DNA from: a virus
Direction: 5' to 3' (one strand)
IMG/VR virus record: IMGVR_UViG_3300014913_000007
Span: 64,001 to 128,000 of that record
Length of the DNA: 64,000 nt
Shown here: in pieces, positions 8,411 to 16,527 of the stretch
Numbering within the stretch: the stretch's first letter is position 1
Layout of the letters: every line of letters starts with the position of its first letter
The notes under the pieces: model-generated
The model's database searches: none
What the model saw: only the letters and a program-made list of their open reading frames with translations
Told to the model about the DNA's origin: nothing
Translations under genes and position numbers: made by a program

Positions 8411-11026
8411 TTAATCACACTTACTATCTACTTGTCCTGTATCTAAATTTATAATCTTAACACATCCATCTTCCATACGTACTTCTATATTGTCTCCGTA
8501 CTTCTGCTTGTATTGTTCCTGTAAGTCCTCAATCTTTATATACTTTTTAAGTATTCTAGATAATCCAGAACCAAACTCAGTAATATTCTTTGAGGATTTT
8601 TTAAGCTGTTCACATACATATTCTAAAGGAGCACCATGTCTTAGTGACATTGATATCAGCCTAGTAGAAGCTTCGTAGTCTTTATTATCAAAATACTCTA
8701 TTATATCTATCTCCCTAAACTCTAGAGCCTCCTCATCCAGGAAGCATAAAAAGTATTTGCCCTTGTTTCTTCTCTCTACATAGCCTGAAAAATGTTTGTT
8801 AGGAATTTTATTATGATGTTCCCCAAAGAACACTTCATATACGGATCCATTGAGTAAACCTACCATAACTACGTAATCTTTACCCTTAATCTTTGTAAAA
8901 TGTACTTCACAGGGCAGTTTCTTAGGTCTTTTAGGTGCTTCAGCTCTTTCTATGCTCTTAAGTTCTTCTCTCTTCTCTACTGTATCTGTAACTAATACAC
9001 CAGATCTACATCCATCTCTATAAATTGTTACACCTTTCAGCCCCTTCTCCCAGGCATACATATACAGCTTCTTCACAGTCTCTACATTAGTTTCGGCTGG
9101 TAAGTTAATAGTTGAACTTAAGCTGTGATCTACATACTCTGTAAGCACTGCCTGGAAGTCTATTCTCTTCTTCCAATCTAGTTTATCAGATGTTATGAAG
9201 TAATCTGGTAGTAGTTTGTTTAATTCTACATCATTTTTTATATTCTTAGGTAGTTCTTTACCTACGGAATTGAAGTATCTCTCTATGTTCTTTTCAAATA
9301 CTGGAAAATCTGTGTATTTATCTCCACTTTGATCCACAAAGTCCACTCTAGCACCTGGCTCATTGTTATTAATCTTCCTTCTTCTAGTGTACATGTGTCT
9401 AAAAGTAGGCTCTATACCTGAGGAACACTCACCTAACATGGAAATTGTACCTGTAGGTGCATTGGTAAGGATAGAAATATTCCTCCTACCATATCTCTTC
9501 ATCTTCTCTAGTAAATCCTCTGGGAAGGTGTTAAAGAATTCACAATCCTTCTCTACCTCCCAGTCCCAAACTTTAAAAGATCCGTACATCTTAGCTAACT
9601 CTACTGACTCATCATATGCACAGTCTCTGTAACACTTCTTAATATTCTTTGCTAATTCAATTGACTTCTTGCTTCCGTACTTTATACACAGCTGTGAAAA
9701 CATATCTCCCCAACCGTGGTCTCCTAATCCTATTCGTCTACCTTCTTCTCCCTTTTTTAATACGTTGTTCCATAGATCTATTTCGAGTTGGTATTCTACT
9801 TTCTTGTCTTCATCTGCTTCTTTCTGTTCTTTCATAAGTTTGTCTAATATTCTCTGTATTTGTAAGTTTTCTGCACGTACCAGTGCTTCTCCCATTGCTA
9901 CTGTAATTCTTATAGCTTTTTCAAATTTATCGAAGTTAAATGAAGCTTCTTTAGTAAAGGGTTTATCTACAAAGTTAAGTAGTCTTATACTTATTAACCT
10001 ACATGCATCATAAGCTGACAAGCTTATTTCACTACATGGATTCGTGCTAACTACCTCATATCCTTCATAAAAGTGTGCAGGGAGGGTCTTGGTAATAGTA
10101 TCTCTATTTAATATTCCAGGCTCTGCCATCTCCCAAGCTGAGGTACATACAGTATCCCATAGCTCCTTAGCCCTTACCTTTTTAGAAAACGTAGGTTCAT
10201 TAGAATCTATTGGAAACCTCAACTCAAAATCAGTATCTTTCTTGACCGCAGTCATGAACTCGTCTGTTATCCATAAGGATATGTTGGCTCCAGTACAGTA
10301 TGTAAGGTCTTTCTTCATTGTTGCCCACTTCTCGGAATCTGGATGCTTTATGTTTAATGTGAGCATAGTTGCTGCCCTTCGTCCTCCTTGTCCAACATCC
10401 CTTCCAGTATTACTAAAGTGATTTGACCAACCTATGGCTCCAGTGGAGGTTCTAGCAGCGTTGTTCACTTCAGCACCTGAAGGTCTAAGGGTGGATAGGT
10501 CTACACCTGTTCCTCCTCTACGCTTGAAAATGTGTGCCATATTCTCACTAGTTCTCATTATTCCTGCCATAGTGTCAGATGGAGCTGGAACCACAAAGCA
10601 ATTAGATAAGCTCTGTAGTTTATTAAGATCCCCAGCTGCTGCTAGTACTGAACCTTGTGGACACACTTCTTCGAAATCATTGCAAGCATCAAAAAAGATT
10701 TCAAACCAGGTGTAAGTCTTATCTGATCTACTGGGATCATACTCCTCTTTGAACACTCTTTTTAACCATTCCTCAGGAGGACAGTTTAATTCTGCAGTAG
10801 GTTGACCTGCTTCATCAAAGAAAGCACCTATAGTTTTATCCTCAGGCATTGCATCTGCTAGCACTCTCATCACCCTTATTATTGTCTCTGCCGGTGATAG
10901 TTCCAATAGGTTACCATCCTTATCTCTCAACGCATATTTATTTAAGTAAGTTGTTGCTGCGAGTTCGTTACCGTTAAAGAACTTTATTGCATTTTTTAAA
11001 GCTATCTGTTCATTGGACTTAGACAT
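8411..11026 (-). CDS. nrdJ: class II (adenosylcobalamin-dependent) ribonucleotide reductase
   Basis: LSNCF, RRGGTG, TNPCSEI, NAPTGTIS, SSTINLP, KGVTIYRDG motifs; C-terminal Cys pair; no adjacent nrdB. Confidence 0.88.
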   Translation of the reverse strand: MSKSNEQIALKNAIKFFNGNELAATTYLNKYALRDKDGNLLELSPAETIIRVMRVLADAMPEDKTIGAFFDEAGQPTAELNCPPEEWLKRVFKEEYDPSRSDKTYTWFEIFFDACNDFEEVCPQGSVLAAAGDLNKLQSLSNCFVVPAPSDTMAGIMRTSENMAHIFKRRGGTGVDLSTLRPSGAEVNNAARTSTGAIGWSNHFSNTGRDVGQGGRRAATMLTLNIKHPDSEKWATMKKDLTYCTGANISLWITDEFMTAVKKDTDFELRFPIDSNEPTFSKKVRAKELWDTVCTSAWEMAEPGILNRDTITKTLPAHFYEGYEVVSTNPCSEISLSAYDACRLISIRLLNFVDKPFTKEASFNFDKFEKAIRITVAMGEALVRAENLQIQRILDKLMKEQKEADEDKKVEYQLEIDLWNNVLKKGEEGRRIGLGDHGWGDMFSQLCIKYGSKKSIELAKNIKKCYRDCAYDESVELAKMYGSFKVWDWEVEKDCEFFNTFPEDLLEKMKRYGRRNISILTNAPTGTISMLGECSSGIEPTFRHMYTRRRKINNNEPGARVDFVDQSGDKYTDFPVFEKNIERYFNSVGKELPKNIKNDVELNKLLPDYFITSDKLDWKKRIDFQAVLTEYVDHSLSSTINLPAETNVETVKKLYMYAWEKGLKGVTIYRDGCRSGVLVTDTVEKREELKSIERAEAPKRPKKLPCEVHFTKIKGKDYVVMVGLLNGSVYEVFFGEHHNKIPNKHFSGYVERRNKGKYFLCFLDEEALEFREIDIIEYFDNKDYEASTRLISMSLRHGAPLEYVCEQLKKSSKNITEFGSGLSRILKKYIKIEDLQEQYKQKYGDNIEVRMEDGCVKIINLDTGQVDSKCD

Positions 11027-11256
11027 TTAAAAACTATTCCTTAGGTTAGTACTATTAAATTTTAAAATGATTAGCAATATGGATATGGTGGAGTCTGATT
11101 GAAGTATATATATGTGATTTTTCCTTTCCTGCAACTTTGAATCTCCTGCCCTTTATTAACTGCCTACAATAGACTATAGTATACTCTTAAAAAGATGTCT
11201 AGTGTACCACAGTAAATAATAAGGAAGATTTTTTATGTTAGGGATAATACTAAAGT

Positions 11257-11289
11257 AAAAAAAAACGCCATTGATACAAACAATGACGT
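11257..11289 (-). terminator. intrinsic terminator
   Basis: minus strand ACGTCATTG/CAATGGCGT stem followed by a T-run. Confidence 0.75.
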
Positions 11290-11325
11290 AATTATACTAC
11301 TTATAAGTTTTAATACCTATATCTG

Positions 11326-11622
11326 TTACTTTTCGTATATGTGATAGCCTCTTACTTTATATCTACCCTTCTCTACAATAACTGAATCTAAGTAAGTCAA
11401 AGAAGCTGGTTCTCCAGCAGCAAAGTCTTCATCATCCCTGATTACTCTGAATTCTTTAGTAACGTCCTGGTTTGAAGTGTCTACTTCTGCCCATACGAAA
11501 AATCCAAAACTTCCTCCAGCCCCAGTTTCCTCTGCTTCTACTTTTAGTAGAGTAGCTCCACTAGGTACTACCATTTCAGTATCTGCATCATAGTCTAGAT
11601 AATATTTCCTAACTGTTTTCAT
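11326..11622 (-). CDS. hypothetical phage protein
   Basis: 98-aa ORF with AGGAG RBS and downstream terminator. Confidence 0.7.
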   Translation of the reverse strand: MKTVRKYYLDYDADTEMVVPSGATLLKVEAEETGAGGSFGFFVWAEVDTSNQDVTKEFRVIRDDEDFAAGEPASLTYLDSVIVEKGRYKVRGYHIYEK

Positions 11623-11688
11623 AATAAACTCCTAAAATTGTTAAATATATACTTAATATAGTATATATTAAAAAAATTAAAAAAGTTC

Positions 11689-11717
11689 TTGACTTTAATA
11701 TTTCAATGTACTATAGT
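11689..11717 (+). promoter_or_regulatory. sigma70-type promoter of tRNA array 1
   Basis: TTGACT-17 nt (ending TGTAC)-TATAGT. Confidence 0.8.
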
Positions 11718-11721
11718 AAAT

Positions 11722-11757
11722 ATGTTGCAGGTAATAAATATAGGGATACTCCTATAA
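11722..11757 (+). CDS. leaderless mini-ORF MLQVINIGILL overlapping a terminator
   Basis: ATG at the 5th nt after the -10 box; lies within hairpin 11727-11766. Confidence 0.45.
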   Translation: MLQVINIGILL

Positions 11758-11773
11758 TTAGCCTGCTTTTTTT
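11727..11773 (+). terminator. terminator/attenuator hairpin in array 1 leader
   Basis: GCAGGTAAT/ATTAGCCTGC stem with inner TATAGG/CCTATA, then T7. Confidence 0.75.
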
Positions 11774-11783
11774 ATGAGTTAAT

Positions 11784-11903
11784 ATGATGGAAAAGAAACT
11801 TCAAATACATACAAATATCAATTCTAATATTATGGTGCCGTTCATGGTACCCATGTTTATTGCCCCTGCGGGGCAAGTACAACCAGTGCCATTTTGGTGC
11901 TAA
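11784..11903 (+). CDS. leader peptide of tRNA array 1, MMEKKLQIHTNINSNIMVPFMVPMFIAPAGQVQPVPFWC
   Basis: manual translation; 26 of the last 29 residues are M/F/W/V/N/P/A/Q/I, the array 1 specificities. Confidence 0.8.
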   Translation: MMEKKLQIHTNINSNIMVPFMVPMFIAPAGQVQPVPFWC

Positions 11904-11950
11904 TAAATTATTAATCAAACAATTTAGTTCGGGTAGAAGAAAGCAAATTT

Positions 11951-12025
11951 GGCGGGAAGGACGTTGGCTTCCAGTAGTGTCTCATAAGCATTATTACGCT
12001 GGTTCAATTCCAGCTTCCGCAACCA
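11951..12025 (+). tRNA. tRNA-Met(CAT), initiator-like 1:72 mismatch
   Basis: cloverleaf; loop CTCATAA; G1:A72; CCA encoded. Confidence 0.8.
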
Positions 12026-12044
12026 TTTTATTAACTTAAATTCC

Positions 12045-12103
12045 TAGGATTACCATTTTCAGTGATTAGCTTGCAACACTTTGATCTTTAAGTGGTAGTC
12101 CTA
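12045..12103 (+). other. 14-bp stem-loop between tRNA genes
   Basis: TAGGATTACCATTT pairs with AAGTGGTAGTCCTA. Confidence 0.65.
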
Positions 12104-12110
12104 CTTTTCT

Positions 12111-12185
12111 GCTCCGGTAGCTTAACTGGTAAGAGCGTTCGGTTGAAGCCCGAAAGATGGAGATCGACACCTCTCTGGAGCACCA
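12111..12185 (+). tRNA. tRNA-Phe(GAA)
   Basis: TTCGG-TTGAAGC-CCGAA anticodon arm; CCA. Confidence 0.88.
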
Positions 12186-12186
12186 T

Positions 12187-12258
12187 ACACTTCTAGTCTT
12201 GGGACAAAGGAAGCCTCCAAAACTTCTAAGCAGAGTTCGAATCTTTGGGAGTGTGCCA
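12187..12258 (+). tRNA. tRNA-Trp(CCA), short D-arm
   Basis: loop CTCCAAA; GTTCGAAT T-loop; CCA. Confidence 0.8.
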
Positions 12259-12259
12259 T

Positions 12260-12333
12260 GCTAGATTAGTTTAATGGTAGAACAGGAGTTTTACATGCTC
12301 TTAGCGGTGGTTCGATTCCATCATCTAGTACCA
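12260..12333 (+). tRNA. tRNA-Val(TAC)
   Basis: loop TTTACAT; CCA. Confidence 0.9.
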
Positions 12334-12348
12334 TATTTTTATTTTTAT

Positions 12349-12420
12349 TCCGGTGTAACTCAGTGGTAGAGTGGTCGTCTGTTAAACGACTTGTCTGTAG
12401 TTCGATCCTACACACCGGAG
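12349..12420 (+). tRNA. tRNA-Asn(GTT)
   Basis: GTCGT-CTGTTAA-ACGAC; CCA not encoded. Confidence 0.9.
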
Positions 12421-12427
12421 CTTTTAT

Positions 12428-12503
12428 TGTATCTTAGCTTAATTGGCAAAGCGTGGAACTGTTAATTCCAAAGATTTAGGTTCGAACCCTAAAGATACAG
12501 CCA
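12428..12503 (+). tRNA. tRNA-Asn(GTT), second copy
   Basis: TGGAA-CTGTTAA-TTCCA; CCA. Confidence 0.9.
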
Positions 12504-12504
12504 T

Positions 12505-12582
12505 CTGGATGTAGCTCAGCCTGGTCAGAGTGCTCGTTTTGGATACGAGTTGTCGGGGATTCGAATTCCTCCATCCAGACCA
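12505..12582 (+). tRNA. tRNA-Pro(TGG)
   Basis: CTCGT-TTTGGAT-ACGAG; CCA. Confidence 0.9.
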
Positions 12583-12592
12583 TTTTTTTTAC

Positions 12593-12668
12593 CTGGCATT
12601 GGTGTTTAACAGTAGCATGGTGGCTTTGGGAGCCAGCGGAGAAAGTGCAAATCTTTCATGCCAGACCA
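12593..12668 (+). tRNA. tRNA-Pro(TGG), second divergent copy
   Basis: loop TTTGGGA; T-loop TGCAAAT; CCA. Confidence 0.82.
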
Positions 12669-12724
12669 CTTTTTTAGAACAGTCATTCTTTACATTAAAA
12701 GCTATATAATATATACTATACTTA

Positions 12725-13174
12725 ATGGATACCAAGTACTGTGATAAATGTAAGAACGACCTGCCAGTTGATACTTTCCAAAGACGTGGGAAAAACGGAT
12801 TACAGCCTTGGTGTAAGAACTGTCAAAAAGAGTATGATAGACAACGTTACATAGATAATAAAGAATACATCTGTAAGCAAAATAAAGACGGTAGAGAGCG
12901 TAGAAGAGAAAGAAGTAGAAACGAAGTAACAAGCTATCTATTAGAGCATCCTTGTGTTGATTGCGGTGAGAAAGATATAATAGTACTCAGCTTTGATCAT
13001 GTTAGAGGAGAAAAGGAATTTAACATATCAGATGCGATTAAGGATGGTATGAAGTGGGAGAGGATAGCGAAAGAAATAAAGAAGTGTAAAGTTAGATGCT
13101 TCAACTGTCACATGAGAAAGACTGCAAAACAGCAGGGCTGGTTCAAATACAACAAATCAAATAAGAAAAAATAA
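12725..13174 (+). CDS. HNH endonuclease inserted in tRNA array 1
   Basis: CxxC pairs; CVDCG...FDHVRG...CFNCH; own promoter TTTACA-17-TATACT at 12689-12717. Confidence 0.85.
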   Translation: MDTKYCDKCKNDLPVDTFQRRGKNGLQPWCKNCQKEYDRQRYIDNKEYICKQNKDGRERRRERSRNEVTSYLLEHPCVDCGEKDIIVLSFDHVRGEKEFNISDAIKDGMKWERIAKEIKKCKVRCFNCHMRKTAKQQGWFKYNKSNKKK

Positions 13175-13187
13175 CAAACAAAATTTA

Positions 13188-13261
13188 GGGGATATAGTTT
13201 AAATGGGAAACGCCAGCCTTGCAAGCTGAGGTTCTGGGTTCGATTCCCAGTTTCTCCACCA
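13188..13261 (+). tRNA. tRNA-Ala(TGC)
   Basis: loop CTTGCAA; G3:U70; CCA. Confidence 0.9.
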
Positions 13262-13269
13262 ATTTTTAA

Positions 13270-13344
13270 CCGGGGTTAGTGAAGCGGTTATCACCTCAGA
13301 CTTTGAATCTGAGATCGAGAGTTCGAATCTCTCACCCCGATCCA
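13270..13344 (+). tRNA. tRNA-Gln(TTG)
   Basis: TCAGA-CTTTGAA-TCTGA; CCA. Confidence 0.9.
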
Positions 13345-13345
13345 C

Positions 13346-13440
13346 TTTGGCCGATCCTGTACACCACTTATAAACTGACATATGTGACGGTAATCGCTAT
13401 TCATTTGGCGATCTTTTGGCCGATCTTTTGGCCGATCTTT
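13346..13440 (+). repeat. TTTGGCCGATC direct repeats (one isolated copy plus three tandem ~12-nt units)
   Basis: direct reading between tRNA-Gln and tRNA-Ile. Confidence 0.8.
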
Positions 13441-13442
13441 AC

Positions 13443-13518
13443 GGGGGAGTAACTCAGGGGTAAGAGTGCCAGTCTGATATACTGGTGGTCGAAGGTTCAA
13501 CTCCTTCCTCCCCTACCA
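13443..13518 (+). tRNA. tRNA-Ile(GAT)
   Basis: CCAGT-CTGATAT-ACTGG; CCA. Confidence 0.92.
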
Positions 13519-13525
13519 TTTTCAA

Positions 13526-13554
13526 TTGACTTACATTTATATGTAGGTTATACT
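13526..13554 (+). promoter_or_regulatory. sigma70-type promoter
   Basis: TTGACT-17-TATACT. Confidence 0.8.
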
Positions 13555-13560
13555 TAACTA

Positions 13561-13728
13561 GGAAACACCAGTTAGAAGTTACTAGAAGCTTGGTGGTGTA
13601 CTTCTCTGGCATAGATCTATAGTAATTCTAGTTGAGCAAAATGTACGAAGCATTCACTATAGGTACCAGAGTTAGTGGTTTAGGGGGTGTTTAATGAGGC
13701 GAAGCCCTCCGACTGGTGTTTCTTTTTT
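13561..13728 (+). ncRNA. candidate ~165-nt rod-like ncRNA
   Basis: starts at the 7th nt after the -10 box; 5' GGAAACACCAGTT pairs with 3' GACTGGTGTTTCT, then a T-run; inner stems CTCTGG/CCAGAG and ATCTATAGT/ACTATAGGT. Confidence 0.7.
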
Positions 13729-13796
13729 CTTTCTTCAAGAAATCAAAAAGAAAAAAATAACAAAACAAAATTTAGGAATTATAATTTGATAGCTAT

Positions 13797-14348
13797 TTAG
13801 GTAAGAATACTTAAATCGTTGACGAAACACGACCAATTTTTGGCTTTTTGATGATACCCTAAAGGTAATTTAATGGGTAATTCATAGTAAAAATCATTGG
13901 TTACCTTATCTTGGTTTGGGAAGAAATCCATTCCTGTTTGATCTTTACCTATAAAATAACTTCTAGCTTCCTTTAAGGATATAGCTTTATCAAACAACAC
14001 CCAAACATGGTACCTATCTGGTGCTCCGCTTTTTTCTATAAGTATATTACTATGTATCTGTTTAGCCCAGAAAAATGCTTTAACTAAGTACTCCTCTCTT
14101 ATATCATCTACATCAAAACATAGGAACTTAACTGTCTGTGTTGAAAGTTCAGTTGGAAAGACACCCAAGGTTATCTTCCCTGCTAGATGTTTCTCGATTA
14201 ATTCTTTAGTAAGTGGAGCATATACTCTTTCATAGTAGTTCTCCCTTAATCTCCCAGAAGCATCCCTCTGCCAAGGATGCGGAGTCATTAAACAATAGGC
14301 ATCTTTTCTATGACAAAAAGTGTTATATAAGAAATCTACTTTACTCAT
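13797..14348 (-). CDS. archaeo-eukaryotic primase (AEP/PrimPol) catalytic-domain protein
   Basis: HLAGKITLGVF, FLCFDVD (motif I), EKSG...YHVWVLF (motif II), IKLPLG. Confidence 0.78.
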   Translation of the reverse strand: MSKVDFLYNTFCHRKDAYCLMTPHPWQRDASGRLRENYYERVYAPLTKELIEKHLAGKITLGVFPTELSTQTVKFLCFDVDDIREEYLVKAFFWAKQIHSNILIEKSGAPDRYHVWVLFDKAISLKEARSYFIGKDQTGMDFFPNQDKVTNDFYYELPIKLPLGYHQKAKNWSCFVNDLSILT

Positions 14349-14658
14349 CTTCTATTTTATGTACACATCTAACACTATTCTCTGTATCTTCCTGTAAGGC
14401 AGTTCTATCCCCAATCATTAAGTCTCGATTTCCATTTATTACTCCTGTGGACAAAAGATATAGCCATTTATATCTTGTCAAATCTTCCACTTCTTTAGAG
14501 TATCTAACCACTGACTGCCAAGAAGTCCTAGGCCAGTCTGCTACCTTTGGAGCAAGTCCTAAAGTTTTTACTTGAACATTCACTACTTGTCCAACACTGT
14601 AGTCTTGAGTATCAGTAGTATAGTCTTCTGTTGCATATGTAACATAAATTGCTTTCAT
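14341..14658 (-). CDS. hypothetical protein
   Basis: 105-aa ORF coupled to neighbours. Confidence 0.55.
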   Translation of the reverse strand: MKAIYVTYATEDYTTDTQDYSVGQVVNVQVKTLGLAPKVADWPRTSWQSVVRYSKEVEDLTRYKWLYLLSTGVINGNRDLMIGDRTALQEDTENSVRCVHKIEDE

Positions 14659-14659
14659 G

Positions 14660-15671
14660 TTATATTCTCCATTTTATTAAGAAATTAAGTGCATAATCCG
14701 ATTTATTAAAAATATTTATCTGTGTAGTACTAGGTGGATCTGAGGTCTCCGTAGGAAAAGCAATCATAGTATTAAAACCCTTTTCATCCCATTGCCATCC
14801 TGCCCCACCTCGATAGATATTAACTACCTGCCCCGGTACTTGTCCAGTAATGCCATTATGAACTAGAGTATCAGGAAAGGTATAATTATAATTAGTTATC
14901 CCGCGCCATACTGCCTGAGTAACATTACGAACATTAAACTCATCCGGTGGTTCATGGAATTCAAAAATGTCGTTAGTTTGATGTGTTGCAGTTCCTGATA
15001 CCATCGTTGTATTTGCTTGCTTACTGTTGATATATGAAGTAATATAGCTCCAGGTATCTCTTGTTATATTATGAACTACAGCTCCTACAGGCAACTTACC
15101 TTGTATCACCGACCTAGTTAGGATACTTGTAAGACCTGTATTACCGTGGCTTAAACCAGTACCAACAATAAGTCCTAACTGATACCACACCTTCCCCTCA
15201 ACAACCATCTGAGTAGTTGAAGTACCAGCGGAGAGTGTTAAATCTAACTCCCCTTCATCAGCAAAATTTCTTTGTTGTATAACTTGAAAATCGGCAGTAT
15301 AAGCCGGAATCGATAGGTTGACAGTTTCCCATCTCTTACCCTCTACCACAACTATTGCCATATTATTATAAAATTTATTGTCTTCTATGTCAGTCTCAAG
15401 CATAGAGCTTGTTGAGGCCACCAATTCGTCTACATACAGTTTTAGTTGTGGCATCATTCTGCCCACTTGGAGTGGGTAAATTAATCAAAGATTGATTATT
15501 AAAATCCACTGGACTTTGTGGTTTATATAGGTACCAATCCTCTGCAGCTCCTCCAGAGGGTACAACTATTTCTGAATCAGAATACCTTCCAGCTACAGCT
15601 ATCAAGTCCTTCCCTACCTTAATTATACTTGATTCAGGTGTTACTTGTGGATCTACTTTATAATTTGACAT
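14660..15671 (-). pseudogene. frameshifted virion protein, MSNYKVDPQV family member 2 (track ORFs 15396-15671 plus 14660-15466)
   Basis: removing one A from ACT AAA A CTG TAT GTA GAC (plus-strand TTTT at 15440-15443) joins NDATTK to LYVDELVAS, matching EAATKLYVDQLIAS in paralog 24241-25794. Confidence 0.8.
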
Positions 15672-15825
15672 TTACCACTCTTCTATGCTAAATTTTTCTC
15701 TAGATATACTTATAATATAGTACACAAAGTTAACATTCAACTTTTTAGTTAAGTATCTACAATATTATACTTTGTCAACTATCTAAAACACACACGGACT
15801 TACAAGTCCTCTGTTTCTACTTTAT

Positions 15826-15859
15826 AAAAAAGGACCCGTAAGTGACTAATTACAGGTCC
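15826..15859 (-). terminator. intrinsic terminator overlapped by mini-ORF MLVVTALDL (15850-15879)
   Basis: GGACCTGTAA/TTACGGGTCC stem followed by T6 on the minus strand. Confidence 0.7.
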
Positions 15860-15930
15860 AAAGCCGTCACGACTAACATGTACGCATTGTACTACTTGAT
15901 ATATAGTACTTTTAATAGTATACTACAAAT

Positions 15931-16452
15931 ATGTTTAATTTCATAGAGATATTATTTATAATGTTATCAACAACCTACCAGGTTCCTGAAATCTTTGATT
16001 GCCATATAAATAAATATCAGATATTAAAACTCAGTAACGAAGTCACCTTTGATGTAAGTAACTTCCTAAAGTATGATAGATATGTACTCAAATCGTCTCA
16101 AATTCACTCTATAGACCCCGATTTAATCAGATCAATCATCATAGTGGAATCTAAATATAATCCAGCTGTAGGCTCTCACAGAGGGGCTAGCGGGTTGATG
16201 CAGCTCATGCCACTTACTGCCAAGTATTTAAACGTAACAGACAGGAAAGATCCTGAGCAATCAATTGAAGGTGGTACTAAGTATTTGAGGGAACTATTCA
16301 CCAGATTTGGTAATCTAGACCTTACCCTAGCAGCGTACAACGCAGGTCCTACAATAGTAGGAAAGTACAATAAGATTCCTCCAATTAAAGAAACTGGCAT
16401 ATATGTTAGGAAAGTCAAGTACTTATATAAACAATTATCTAAAAACAACTAA
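15931..16452 (+). CDS. lytic transglycosylase (SLT domain)
   Basis: IIVES, GASGLMQLMP, LAAYNAG motifs. Confidence 0.93.
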   Translation: MFNFIEILFIMLSTTYQVPEIFDCHINKYQILKLSNEVTFDVSNFLKYDRYVLKSSQIHSIDPDLIRSIIIVESKYNPAVGSHRGASGLMQLMPLTAKYLNVTDRKDPEQSIEGGTKYLRELFTRFGNLDLTLAAYNAGPTIVGKYNKIPPIKETGIYVRKVKYLYKQLSKNN

Positions 16453-16527
16453 TAACAATCTCTGAAAATGTACTATCTTATAATGTAGTATACTTGTATA
16501 AAAATATTTTTAAAGAGGTAATATATA

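Noticed and set aside
11027-11200. Cobalamin riboswitch or NrdR boxes upstream of nrdJ
   Set aside because: No B12-box; only weak AT-rich matches to NrdR boxes.
13346-13440. Possible CRISPR array
   Set aside because: Units are 11-12 nt and mostly tandem without unique spacers; the Cas4-like gene is far away in a replication context.
13199-13500. Track ORFs antisense to or overlapping tRNA genes (also 21727-21987, 21854-22081, 26463-26657)
   Set aside because: Shadow frames of tRNA sequences with no RBS or protein motifs.
15860-15876. ZTP riboswitch suggested by GTCGTGACGGC on the minus strand
   Set aside because: The 3' CGCCUGGGC pseudoknot element is absent.
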